From Candidatus Eiseniibacteriota bacterium (GTDB taxonomy: Bacteria > Eisenbacteria > RBG-16-71-46): DNA of 63,883 bases. Below are positions 28,428 to 39,523 of the stretch, one piece after another. Below the pieces are notes generated by a model, which did not search any database, was not told the DNA's origin, and was given only the letters and a program-made list of their open reading frames with translations. How positions within the stretch are numbered: the first letter of the stretch is position 1; each line of letters begins with the position of its first letter. Position numbers and translations under genes: made by a program. The stretch is taken from the NCBI GenBank assembly GCA_025357055.1, contig JANXPZ010000003.1, forward strand, positions 1-63,883, written 5' to 3'.

Positions 28428-31313
28428 GTGACCGGGGCCGTTCGCTCAACTCGAGATCATCCTTTCGTGCAGGTACCCGTGTCCCGATCCCCGATACTCA
28501 TCGCTCGCTGGGCCGCCGTCGCGCTGGCCGTGCTGGCCGCGCCCGCCGGGGCGACCATGCCCGTGGTTTCGGGCCCCATGCCCGCAGAAGTCTCCTCGGC
28601 GTTCCGCGACGGGCTCTTCGAGCTCCCCGCCCCCCGGACCGGGCTGGAAGTCAGCGCAGTCCAGCCGGTCTTTCGCATCCCCGTGATCCTCGTTTCCTAC
28701 GCCAACGCGCCCCTGGCCTACGGCGACGCCGATTTCGACCTCGCCCTGTTCGACTCGACGCAGGCCACGAGCACGGGATCCCTCCACGACTACTTCCACT
28801 GGGCCTCGGGGAACAGGCTGAGCGTGTCGGGACGCGTGGTGGCGACCGTGCACCTGCCGCAGGACAAGCTCTATTACGGCTACAACGGCTACGGGCTGTC
28901 CTGCACGTCCACGCCTCACAACTCCGCCGGCCTGGTCCTCGATGCCCTCGCGGCCTGCGCCTCGCAGGTACAGTGGTCGGACTTCGATCTCGATCGCGAC
29001 GGCTTCGTGGACATGCTCTGGGTGGTGCACGCCGGCCCCCCGGGTGAGGCGGCACCGGACCGTTTCAAGAATGACCTGTGGTCCATCACCTCCCGGCTCG
29101 GGGGCAACTGGTCCGGCACCAGCGCCTACGAGACCACCGAGCACCTGCCGGGCTCGGTGACGCAGCACATGCGCATCGATCGTTTCTCCATCCTGCCGGA
29201 GCTCTCCTACTTCGCCCCCGGGCAGCGTTCCGAGATCGGGGTCTACTGTCACGAGTTCGGTCATGCCCTGGGCCTGCCGGATCTCTACGACACCCGTGAC
29301 GGGGGGACGACCAACTCGGGCCCCGGCAACTGGTCGTTGATGGGCACCGGGGTATACGGGGGCGACGGCCACTCGCCCCAGTACCCCACCCACCCTGGGG
29401 CGTGGCCTGCGCTCTTCATGGGCTGGGCGCAGACGCTGAGCCCCACGGAGGACACCCCGGTGGTCCTCCCCCCGCTCGGCAGTGGGAACCAGATCCTCGA
29501 CCTCTCGTTCCAGGGCGAGGCCGATCCTGAGCACTTCCTCGTCGAGGCTCGCCGACGCGAGGGCTTCGACCGCAACCTGCCCGGGGACGGACTCATCGTC
29601 TACCGGGTGAACGAGGCGGTGATCGGCCACGGCATCCAGTCCAACTCGGTCAACTCGGGCTTGACCCCGGGAGTCTTCATCATCGAGGCGAACGGGTCAT
29701 CCGACCTCACCCGGGGGATCAACCGCGGTGATTCGGGCGACCCCTTCCCCGGCGCGAGCGGTCGCGCATGGCTCTTCGACCAGACGCCGCCGCCCAACAC
29801 GCTCACCTTCCAGGGCGCCCCGATGGGTGTGGGGCTGTTCGACATCGTCCCGGTCGCGGAGGGCATGAGCTTCTTCGCACAGGTCCGCGCGATCGGCTGG
29901 GAGCCGGCAGCCGACCGCACGGTCGGCGAGTATTCGCCGGCCGAGGTACAGACACCGGCCACCACGAGCGTGCTCACTCCCGGCGGGACGGCCTACTCGA
30001 TCGCGAGCGAGGCGCGCTCCGGCCACCTTCAGATCGTTCTGCGTTCGCGGCACGCGGGCGCCTGGGACGCGGGCGTCGTGGTCTCGCAGTCCTCGGGTGA
30101 CGCCTTCGAGCCCGCCCTGACCCTGCTCGGCACCGACGACCTCGCGTTCGTCTGGTGCGACACGCGGCTGGGAGCGATCCGCCTCTTCTACCGCGCCCGG
30201 GTCGGCGGGGTATGGACGCCGGAACAGATCCTCAGCACGCTTTCGGGCGAGCACCGGGCGCCCTCCATCGAAGCCGACCGCAAGGGCGGCGTCCACGTCG
30301 CCTGGGTCCTGATCGGTCAGGCCCTGCCGAAGATCCTCTACCTGAGGTTCCCCTACCTGTCGCCCTCCGGGCAGCCGTTCACCGTCTCGGGCACAAACGA
30401 ATCGGGCGCGAATCCGCTCGTCACGGCTCTGCCGATGGGCGGCGCCATCGTGATCTGGACGAACAACGCGACCTGGCCGACCACCCTCCAGTTCTCGCGC
30501 TGCGGGCTCGACTCCCTCCCCGGTCCGCCCAAGCCGCTCACACTCGAGAGCTGGCAGGCCAAGACGTGGGTCTCGGCAGTGGCCGAGTCGAGCGGCGCCA
30601 TGCACAGCGTGTGGATCGAGAGCGGCGCGGCCGGGAGCGAGTTGCACTATCAACACCGCCCGGCCGGCGGGGGCTTCGCGCCTGCGGACACGGTGCTGGA
30701 GGCCAGCAACAGCACGCTCGCCAGGGCACAGCTGGCTCGCGACCCGGCGGGCGGCCTCCACGTGGCGTTCGAACGTTCGGTGAGCGGGGTCACGCAGATC
30801 CGCTATCGGCGTCGCCACCCCAGCCTCGGCTGGGACGCGCACGGCACCGACGTCACGGTGATGGCCGACGGCGCTGCCGTGCAGCCCGCCGTGCTCGCCT
30901 CCTCGCTGGGGAACGTCATCGTGCTCTACCGGAGCTTCCCGGGAGGCGTGCCTCGCTTCATGGAGCGCTGCCGGCTCACCGACTCGCCCGATGTGCTCGC
31001 AGCCCCGCAGCCCGACGTGGTGGCCCTGCCCTCGCGGCTCTCCATCCGGCCCAACCCTGCGCGTGCAGGCCAGGAGGTCGAGTTCACCTGGGGCGCCGCG
31101 GCGGAACTCACCCACGACGGGACGGCGTCCGGAGCACTCGAGGTCTATGACCTCGCGGGACGGCGCGTGGCCGTGGTGGGTCTGCAGCTCCGGGGCTCGC
31201 AACTCCACGGTCGCCTGGGGCCGGGCCAGACGCGACCCTGGCTGGCCGGCATGTATTTCGTGCGCCCCCGCGGGGCCCCAGGCCCGGCGCAGCGCCTCGT
31301 GGTCCTCCGCTGA
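28428..31313 (+). CDS. M6-family (immune inhibitor A-like) metalloprotease with FlgD-Ig/T9SS-like C-terminal domain
   Basis: 961 aa. Zinc motif HEFGHALGLPDLYD. Signal peptide IARWAAVALAVLAAPAGA; the start may be the GTG at 28479 rather than 28428. C-terminal tag PNPARAG...VYDLAGRRV...GMYFVR...RLVVLR. Confidence 0.75.
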   Translation: MTGAVRSTRDHPFVQVPVSRSPILIARWAAVALAVLAAPAGATMPVVSGPMPAEVSSAFRDGLFELPAPRTGLEVSAVQPVFRIPVILVSYANAPLAYGDADFDLALFDSTQATSTGSLHDYFHWASGNRLSVSGRVVATVHLPQDKLYYGYNGYGLSCTSTPHNSAGLVLDALAACASQVQWSDFDLDRDGFVDMLWVVHAGPPGEAAPDRFKNDLWSITSRLGGNWSGTSAYETTEHLPGSVTQHMRIDRFSILPELSYFAPGQRSEIGVYCHEFGHALGLPDLYDTRDGGTTNSGPGNWSLMGTGVYGGDGHSPQYPTHPGAWPALFMGWAQTLSPTEDTPVVLPPLGSGNQILDLSFQGEADPEHFLVEARRREGFDRNLPGDGLIVYRVNEAVIGHGIQSNSVNSGLTPGVFIIEANGSSDLTRGINRGDSGDPFPGASGRAWLFDQTPPPNTLTFQGAPMGVGLFDIVPVAEGMSFFAQVRAIGWEPAADRTVGEYSPAEVQTPATTSVLTPGGTAYSIASEARSGHLQIVLRSRHAGAWDAGVVVSQSSGDAFEPALTLLGTDDLAFVWCDTRLGAIRLFYRARVGGVWTPEQILSTLSGEHRAPSIEADRKGGVHVAWVLIGQALPKILYLRFPYLSPSGQPFTVSGTNESGANPLVTALPMGGAIVIWTNNATWPTTLQFSRCGLDSLPGPPKPLTLESWQAKTWVSAVAESSGAMHSVWIESGAAGSELHYQHRPAGGGFAPADTVLEASNSTLARAQLARDPAGGLHVAFERSVSGVTQIRYRRRHPSLGWDAHGTDVTVMADGAAVQPAVLASSLGNVIVLYRSFPGGVPRFMERCRLTDSPDVLAAPQPDVVALPSRLSIRPNPARAGQEVEFTWGAAAELTHDGTASGALEVYDLAGRRVAVVGLQLRGSQLHGRLGPGQTRPWLAGMYFVRPRGAPGPAQRLVVLR

Positions 31314-31363
31314 GAGTCCCACGACCACCGCGTTTCCACCGGCGAGCCGGCGCCGCGCTCGCG

Positions 31364-32473
31364 GTGCTGGCGTTGCTGGCCACCACCCCCGGGCTGGCCG
31401 TCGGCGAGCGGCCCCTCCCCGCTCTGGCCACCGAGGAGCCACCGCTCCTGCTCGGTGGGCTGTTGCCACTCGACGACGCCACCACCGCGCGTTGGCCCTG
31501 GACGGGCGCGTGGACCTGGCCGCTGGGGGCCGCGTGCGACTTCACCCGGCCCTCCCCGGCCGGCGAGCCGGAGTGGCACCTGCTGCGGGGCTTCACCATC
31601 TCCGGTGACGTCCATTTCGGAGCCGACCTGGCCAACGGCCGGGGCGGTGACGTGGTCCACGCGGCGGCGAACGGCCTGGTGGTCGTCGTTCACGATCGCC
31701 CGGACGGCAGCGGCTTCGGCAGCCACGTCGTACTGGCCCACCGCCTGCTCGACGGTGAGATCGCCTACAGCGTGTACTCGCACCTGCGCAGCGGCTCGAC
31801 CCGCGTACGCGAGGGGCACCGCGTCTGGGCCGGCGAACCGCTGGGCGAGGTCGGACGCAGCGGGCGCGCCACCACCGAGCACCTGCACTTCGAGGTGCGC
31901 CAGACCCGCGACCCGGCCGCGCGCTGGGAGAACGAGGCCACCATCGACCCGCTCCCCTTCCTCGAGCAGCGGTTGCCGGTCCATCGCGCCGACACGAGCT
32001 GGGCGGGCCCCTATCTTGACTGGGCAGAGCGCGCCGGCCTGATCGAGCCCGCGTGGCAGGCCGACGAGCCGCTGACGCGCGCGACCTGGCAGCGCATCCT
32101 GGCGCGAGCGGCACGCCTGCCGCTCGTGGACCTGCCGCCCGACGCGGGCTCGCTGCGCGAGACGCTGGTCGACGCCGGCGTGCTGCCCATGCGCGAGCAC
32201 GCAGCGCTGCGCCGCACCGCAGCCTGGCGCGATCTCCGCCGCGACCTCGCGTCGCTGGTCACCTACGGAGCGAACCTGCCGCCCGCGGCATTCGACGCGA
32301 CGCTCCACCGGTCGGCCTGCCTCCGGCGCTTCCAGCTCGAGCGGCCGGCGCAGGACCTGGGCGCCCTGTACCGCGGAGCCCCGCCCACGCTGGCCGACGC
32401 CTGCCTGCTGCTCGCCGACCTCGCCACCTCCCCCCTGCCTCCCCCTCCGGCCCCCGAAGACCGCCCGCGCTGA
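31364..32473 (+). CDS. M23 (LytM-type) peptidase family protein
   Basis: 369 aa as tracked. FGADLANGRGGDVVHAAANGLVVVV, HLHFEV. The in-frame upstream sequence RRAGAALAV would complete a signal peptide, so the true start may be an upstream rare codon (CTG at 31310). Confidence 0.7.
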   Translation: MLALLATTPGLAVGERPLPALATEEPPLLLGGLLPLDDATTARWPWTGAWTWPLGAACDFTRPSPAGEPEWHLLRGFTISGDVHFGADLANGRGGDVVHAAANGLVVVVHDRPDGSGFGSHVVLAHRLLDGEIAYSVYSHLRSGSTRVREGHRVWAGEPLGEVGRSGRATTEHLHFEVRQTRDPAARWENEATIDPLPFLEQRLPVHRADTSWAGPYLDWAERAGLIEPAWQADEPLTRATWQRILARAARLPLVDLPPDAGSLRETLVDAGVLPMREHAALRRTAAWRDLRRDLASLVTYGANLPPAAFDATLHRSACLRRFQLERPAQDLGALYRGAPPTLADACLLLADLATSPLPPPPAPEDRPR

Positions 32474-32724
32474 ACGCAGGCGGAACCGGCGTCCGGTGCT
32501 TGACCCCGGGCGACGGCCATGGCAACGTCCCCGGAGTCAGAGGCTGTGACGGGGACGAGCAGGCGCGCGTCGCGCACCCTCGAGCCGGGGCCAGACGGTC
32601 GGGCTCCCGCGGCGCGGGGCGTCAGACTGGCGCGAAGTCGGGTGGCACCGCGGCTCCGTCCGCCCCGACGCCCAGGCGTCGGGGCGTTTCTCTTTGGAGT
32701 CCGTTCGTCACGTGGGAGGAGCAC

Positions 32725-35574
32725 ATGGCCGGCTATCGCGACACGCTGAACCTGCCGCGGACGGAGTTCCCGATGAAGGCCGACCTGCTCAACCGCGAGC
32801 CGGAACGCCTGGCCTGGTGGAAGGAGCGCGACCTCTACCGCCAGTTGCGCAAGACCCGCGCCGACGCCCCCGTCTGGCTCCTGCACGACGGTCCGCCGTA
32901 TTCCAACGGCCACCTCCACATGGGCACGGCCGCCAACAAGATCTGGAAGGACGCCGCGGTGCGCCAGGCCTCGCTGATGGGCTGCGACGCGCCCTACCTG
33001 CCCGGCTGGGACAACCACGGCATGCCGATCGAGACCCACGTGGCCCGGGAGTTCCGCGAGAAGAAGCTCCCGCCCGACCGCATCGCGCTGCGGCGCCGCT
33101 GCCGCGAGTACGCTGCCGAGTGGGTGGGCGTGCAGCGCGCCGAGTTCGAGCGGCTGGGGGTGTGGGGCGAGTGGGAGACGCCCTACCTGACGATGGACAC
33201 CGGCTTCGAGGCGGCCATCCTGGAGTCCTTCGCCGCGCTGGCGGAGCGCGGCTTCATCCAGCGCGGGCTGCGCTCCATCCACTGGTGTCCGACCGACCGC
33301 ACGGCGCTGGCCGAGGCCGAGATCGAGTACCAGGACGACCCCTCACCCTCGATCCACGTGCCATTCCCCCTGCGCCGTGATCCGCGGGGGACGCTCGCGC
33401 AGTGGCCCGGGGTCGCGGCCGTGGCCTGGACCACGACTCCCTGGACCCTGCCCGCGAACGTGGGCCTCATGGTGGACCCCGACGCCGACTACGCCGTGGT
33501 CCGCGCGGCGGACCGGCACTGGCTGCTGGCCGCCGCCCGGCTCGAGGCCGTGGCGAAGACCGTGGGCTGGCAGGACGCGCAGGTCGAGGCGCGCGTGCGC
33601 GGGCGCGACCTGGTGGGCTGCATCTTCGAAGGCCCCTGGGGGCGTGATTCCCGCGTCGTGGACGGCATGCCCTTCGTCAACCTGGAGGACGGCACCGGCC
33701 TGGTGCACACCGCTCCCGGGCACGGCAAGGAGGACTTCGCCGTCGGCCAGCGCGAGGGCCTCGAGATCGCCTGCCCGGTGGACGAGGCCGGCCGCTTCCT
33801 CGCAGGCGCGGAACCCTTTGTGGGCCGCAGCGTGCTCGACGTGAACGCCGACATCATCGCGTGGCTGAAGGAGCGCGGCCGGCTGCTGGGCGCCTCCACC
33901 TTCGTCCACGCCTACCCGCACTGCTGGCGCTGCCACCAGCCCGTGATCTTCCGCGCGACCGACCAGTGGTTCATGATCATCGACCACGCGCCGGCGCCGC
34001 TCGCCGCGGACGCCGCGGGCGGTGCGGTCTCCCATCGCGACCGCGCGCTCGCGCTCATCGAGTCCGTGCGCTGGGATCCGCCGTCCTCGCAGAACCGCAT
34101 CCGCGAGTCCGTGCGCCTGCGACCCGACTGGTGCCTGTCGCGCCAGCGCAGCTGGGGCGTGGGGATCCCGGCCGTCTATTGCGAGGCCTGCGGCGAGGCC
34201 ATCCTCGACGCGGGCGTCATGCGGCGCGCCGTCGAGCTGACCCGCGCGCACGGCTCGGACGCATGGTACGAGCGGGCGATCGAGGAGTTTCTGCCGCCGG
34301 GCCTCGCCTGCCCGTCCTGCCACGCCACCGGGCCGTTCCGCCGCGAGAGCGACATCCTCGACGTGTGGTTCGACTCGGGTTCCACGCACCGCGCGGTGCG
34401 GGGCACGCACCCGGCGCTGGACGCGGCCTGGCGACGCGCCGAGGCGGAAGGCGGCCGGATCATCTACTTCGAGGGCCCGGACCAGCACCGCGGCTGGTTC
34501 AACTCCTCGCTCATGGTGAGCGTCGGCGCCTCCGACCAGGCCCCCTACACCGACGTGTGCACGCACGGCTGGGTGCTCGACGGCACCGGCCGCGCCATGC
34601 ACAAGTCGCTGGGCAACGTCATCCTGCCGAACGACGTGGTGAAGAAGTACGGTGCCGAGATCGTGCGCTGGTGGGCGCTTTCCACCGACTGGCGCAACGA
34701 CGTGCGGATCAGCGACGAGATCCTCGAGCGGACCGCCGACGCCTACCGGAAGGTGCGAAACACGTTCCGCTTCCTGCTCGGCAATCTCGGGGACTTCGAT
34801 CCCGCGCAGGCCCTGCCGCGCGAGCGGCTCGCGGCGGTGGACCGGGCCTTCGGCGACGCCCTCTCCGTGCGCCTGGCCCGCATCCGCGAGTCCTGGGAGA
34901 CGTTGCAGTTCCACCGCGCGCTCGATCTGCTGCTCGGGCTCTGCACCGTGGACCTCTCGGCGGTGTTCCTCGACGTGACGAAGGACCGCCTCTACACGCT
35001 GGCGCCGGACGACCCGAGGCGGCGCTCGGCACAGACCGTGCTCTGGCGGGCGTTGCACGACCTCGCCATCGCCGTCTCTCCGGCCCTGCCGTTCACCGCC
35101 GAGGAGGTCTGGCAGCATCACCCCGCGCTCCTCGCCGGGAGTGAGAGCGTGCATCTGGCGCGCTGGCCCGAGCGGGACCCCGCCACGGACGAGGAGTGGG
35201 AGTTCCTGCACGGCGTGCGCGATGCGGTCAACGCCGCCCTCGAACCGCTGCGCGCGGCGAAGACGCTGGCCTCCCCGGCAGCGGCCGAGGTGACGCTCAC
35301 CGGGCCGCCCGCGGTGATCGCCCGACTGCGCGGCTACGGCGCCGAACTGGCCGCGTTCCTCATCGTGGCGCGGGCCGATCTGACGGAGGCTCCATCCGCT
35401 GGGCCCACCGCAGACGGGGCCGGAGCGGGCGTGGCGCTCGAGGTGACGGTGAGCCAGACCGCGCTCGCGAAGTGCGAGCGCTGCTGGATGCACCGTGACG
35501 ACGTCGCCGCCGAGGGCGCGCGCGCCGGGCTGTGCGGGCGGTGCGTCACGGCGCTGGAGTCGGCGGGGAGGTAG
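32725..35574 (+). CDS. ileS: Isoleucine--tRNA ligase
   Basis: Track ORF over-extended to 32053. ATG at 32725 preceded by GGGAGGAG (MAGYRDTLNLPRTEFPMKADL). HIGH-region PPYSNGHLHMGTA, KMSKS-like HKSLGNV, C-terminal Zn knuckles CERCW...CGRC. Confidence 0.95.
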   Translation: MAGYRDTLNLPRTEFPMKADLLNREPERLAWWKERDLYRQLRKTRADAPVWLLHDGPPYSNGHLHMGTAANKIWKDAAVRQASLMGCDAPYLPGWDNHGMPIETHVAREFREKKLPPDRIALRRRCREYAAEWVGVQRAEFERLGVWGEWETPYLTMDTGFEAAILESFAALAERGFIQRGLRSIHWCPTDRTALAEAEIEYQDDPSPSIHVPFPLRRDPRGTLAQWPGVAAVAWTTTPWTLPANVGLMVDPDADYAVVRAADRHWLLAAARLEAVAKTVGWQDAQVEARVRGRDLVGCIFEGPWGRDSRVVDGMPFVNLEDGTGLVHTAPGHGKEDFAVGQREGLEIACPVDEAGRFLAGAEPFVGRSVLDVNADIIAWLKERGRLLGASTFVHAYPHCWRCHQPVIFRATDQWFMIIDHAPAPLAADAAGGAVSHRDRALALIESVRWDPPSSQNRIRESVRLRPDWCLSRQRSWGVGIPAVYCEACGEAILDAGVMRRAVELTRAHGSDAWYERAIEEFLPPGLACPSCHATGPFRRESDILDVWFDSGSTHRAVRGTHPALDAAWRRAEAEGGRIIYFEGPDQHRGWFNSSLMVSVGASDQAPYTDVCTHGWVLDGTGRAMHKSLGNVILPNDVVKKYGAEIVRWWALSTDWRNDVRISDEILERTADAYRKVRNTFRFLLGNLGDFDPAQALPRERLAAVDRAFGDALSVRLARIRESWETLQFHRALDLLLGLCTVDLSAVFLDVTKDRLYTLAPDDPRRRSAQTVLWRALHDLAIAVSPALPFTAEEVWQHHPALLAGSESVHLARWPERDPATDEEWEFLHGVRDAVNAALEPLRAAKTLASPAAAEVTLTGPPAVIARLRGYGAELAAFLIVARADLTEAPSAGPTADGAGAGVALEVTVSQTALAKCERCWMHRDDVAAEGARAGLCGRCVTALESAGR

Positions 35575-35576
35575 CG
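35522..35576 (+). repeat. Direct repeat copy 1 (functional 3' end of ileS)
   Basis: 55 nt that recur at 37209..37263. By hand, 44 of 55 positions are identical, including a perfect 19-mer GTCACGGCGCTGGAGTCGG. Confidence 0.75.
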
Positions 35577-37208
35577 AGGGCGCTCGATGCCCGTCCCTCA
35601 AGGTCAGCGGAACAGGCGCGTCCCCGCGCAAGGTCGCTTCAGCAAGCGGCGCGAAGATCCTGCGACGGGATCGATTTCACTTGACAGGATTTCGCGCACA
35701 CACACCGACCGAACGACCGCGCCCGCTCCAGGGGCCCGCGAACGTGCACAGGATGCACTGAGCCGGCCGCGAATGCCTCGCGACGTGAACGAACTCGTGC
35801 CGCCCTTCGTTGCACGAGCAGCGGGGTTCTGCGAGCGCCGGAAATGCTCATGGTATCAATAGGCCGTTCCGCCCCCGTGACCCGCCCCCGCGGAGTCACT
35901 CTCATGGACCGCTACTCGCTGACCCACGTTCCCGACCCGGTCCTGCTGCGTGGGCTGCGCGCGCTGGTCGCTCAGGACTGCGCCACCACCGCCATGCTCC
36001 TCGCCCACCTGGCCGAGGTCGATGAGCGCAGGCTGTACGCGGCGGCGGGGTATCCGTCGATGTTCGCCTGGTGCGTCGAGGAACTGAGGCTCTCCGAGGA
36101 TGTCGCCTACAAGCGCATCCAGGCGGCGCGCACCGCCCGGCGGTTCCCGGTCATCTTCGACGCGGTGGCAAACGGCCGACTGAACCTGAGCGGCGTGATG
36201 TTGCTGGCCCCGCACCTGGGCGAGGCCAACGTGGACGAGATGCTCGCCGCCGCCGCGGGCAGGACCAGGGCCGGGATCGAGGAGTGGCTGGCCCAGCGCT
36301 CCCCGCGTTCGGAGTTGCTTCCCCTCGTGACGCAGCTCCCCGCAGTGCAGGGGCCGGAAGGCCAACTCGCCCCGGGGCGAGTAAAGTTCGATGATACTCA
36401 ACCCGCTCCGGAGCGAGTTGCCTTCGCCACGCCGGCCCGACTGGCACCTGTGGCAACGGAGCGCTACTCGCTCCAGCTCACGATCGGCAAGGGCACTCAC
36501 GACAAGCTGCGCCACGCCCAGGCACTGCTCGGGCATGCGGTGCCCGCCGGAGAGGTCGCCGAGGTGCTCGACCGCGCCCTGGACGCGCTCATCGGGCAGC
36601 TCGAGCGGCGCAAGTTCGCCGCGACCGGCCGGCCGGGTTCCCGGCCACGGAAGCCCTCCGCGAACCCGCGCCACATCCCGGCCGAGGTCCGCCGTGCGGT
36701 CTGGCAGCGCGATGGCGGGCAGTGCACGTTCGTCAGCGCCGCCGGTCACCGCTGCGAGGCCCGCACCCGGATCGAGTACGACCACGTCGAGCCGATCGCC
36801 CGGGGCGGCCAAGCGACCGTTGCGGGAATCCGGCTGCGCTGCCGGGCTCACAATCAGTACACGGCCGAGTGCGCATTCGGGGCCGGCTTCATGAGCCGGA
36901 AGCGCGAGGCGGCGCAGCGCGCAGCGCGCGAGGCCCGCGCCCGCGCCGCGGCAGCGGAGGAAGTCGTTCCCTGGCTGCGCGCGCTCGGATTGCGCACCGA
37001 CGAGGCGCGCAGGAGAGCGGCCAACTGCGAGACCATTCCCGACGCTCCGCTCGAGGAGCGGGTGAGACACGCGCTCTCATGCATAGCAAGGCCCGCATGG
37101 CACCCTGCCGCCCCACTCCCGCGTCCCGCGCCGTAGAACTGCGGCCCGGGCATGGGAGATCCGCGGCCACCAGCGCGCCGCGGTCGACGCGACCCGCCGG
37201 GCCGTCGC
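35577..37208 (+). mobile_element. Putative inserted segment carrying an HNH endonuclease gene
   Basis: The segment between the two ileS-3'-end repeats. It contains a single gene (HNH endonuclease) plus about 330 nt upstream and about 70 nt downstream of non-coding sequence. Confidence 0.4.
35904..37136 (+). CDS. HNH endonuclease (DUF222-like N-terminal domain)
   Basis: Start placed at the ATG at 35904 (MDRYSLTHV). HNH core VWQRDGGQCTF...GHRCEARTRIEYDHVEPIARGG...LRCRAHN. Confidence 0.8.
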   Translation: MDRYSLTHVPDPVLLRGLRALVAQDCATTAMLLAHLAEVDERRLYAAAGYPSMFAWCVEELRLSEDVAYKRIQAARTARRFPVIFDAVANGRLNLSGVMLLAPHLGEANVDEMLAAAAGRTRAGIEEWLAQRSPRSELLPLVTQLPAVQGPEGQLAPGRVKFDDTQPAPERVAFATPARLAPVATERYSLQLTIGKGTHDKLRHAQALLGHAVPAGEVAEVLDRALDALIGQLERRKFAATGRPGSRPRKPSANPRHIPAEVRRAVWQRDGGQCTFVSAAGHRCEARTRIEYDHVEPIARGGQATVAGIRLRCRAHNQYTAECAFGAGFMSRKREAAQRAAREARARAAAAEEVVPWLRALGLRTDEARRRAANCETIPDAPLEERVRHALSCIARPAWHPAAPLPRPAP

Positions 37209-37263
37209 GCGCCGGGTCATGAGTGCGCTGTGTCACGGCGCTGGAGTCGGGCGGGAAGTAGCC
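37209..37263 (+). repeat. Direct repeat copy 2 (orphan ileS 3'-end remnant)
   Basis: In frame it reads V-R-C-V-T-A-L-E-S-G-G-K-stop (37223..37261), against ileS G-R-C-V-T-A-L-E-S-A-G-R-stop. It is preceded by an in-frame TGA, so it is not part of any gene. Confidence 0.75.
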
Positions 37264-37319
37264 CTGCGAAGCGGCTGCAAGCGCCCCGGGGACGTCACAC
37301 GGCCGGGGCAGCAGGGGCC

Positions 37320-37353
37320 GAAGGGCGAGCGCATCGTGCCTTGCTCGCCCTTC
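37320..37353. terminator. Candidate bidirectional hairpin terminator
   Basis: Perfect 11-bp stem GAAGGGCGAGC / GCTCGCCCTTC with a 12-nt loop, between the ileS remnant stop (37261) and the convergent kinase gene stop (37437). Confidence 0.4.
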
Positions 37354-37436
37354 GACCCTGCCGCCCTCGCCGACGCAGGTGCACGCGACCTTCGCTCGAC
37401 CGGTCCTGCCGGCGCAGGGGGAACGCTGCCTTCGCG

Positions 37437-38080
37437 CTACTCGCCCAGGTCCAGCATGGCCTGCCGCGGGTAGCGCGCCTTCAGGTCGCCCACCAGCCGC
37501 GCGAAGGCCTCGGTCTCGCCCTGGAGCGGCACGTGATCGGTGTCGATCTCCAGCACCTCGGTCTCGGCACGCGCGCGCCGCATCCAGTCGTCGTAGGCGC
37601 CGTTGAGGCGCGCGATGTAGTCGCGACTGATGCTCTGCTCGCTGGCGCGCCCCCGGCGCGCGATGCGCTCCATGAGCACGTCGGGGCTCGCCTTCAGGTA
37701 GACGATGAGGTCCGGCTTGCGCAGGAACCCCACCAGCACGTGGAAGAGCGAGGTGTAGTTGCGGTAGTCCACCGCCGTCATCGAGCCCTGGTCATGCAGC
37801 ACCCGGGCGAAGATCTCGGCGTCCTCGTAGATCGTGCGGTCCTGGATGAAAGGCAGCGGGCTCGAGCCGATCTGCACCTGTGCCTTGAAGCGCTCGCTCA
37901 GGAAATAGATCTGCAGGTGGAAGCTCCAGCGCGACATGTCGGCGTAGAAATCGTCCAGGTAGGGGTTCTGGATGACGGGCTCGTAGTAGGCCATCCATCC
38001 CAGTTCCGCGCTGAGCCGCGTGGTGAGTTCGGTCTTGCCGACCCCGATGTTCCCGGCGATGGCGAGGAAGTAGCCCGGAC

Positions 38081-38084
<4 letters not shown>
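37437..38084 (-). CDS. Deoxynucleoside kinase
   Basis: 215 aa. P-loop IAGNIGVGKTELT, DRTIYED, ERIARRGRASE. ATGA overlap with the response-regulator stop. Confidence 0.85.

Positions 38085-39519
<1,435 letters not shown>

Positions 39520-39523
<4 letters not shown>

Noticed and set aside
35681-35686. A TTGACA hexamer upstream of the HNH gene as a -35 box.
   Set aside because: No acceptable -10 hexamer lies 16-19 nt downstream.
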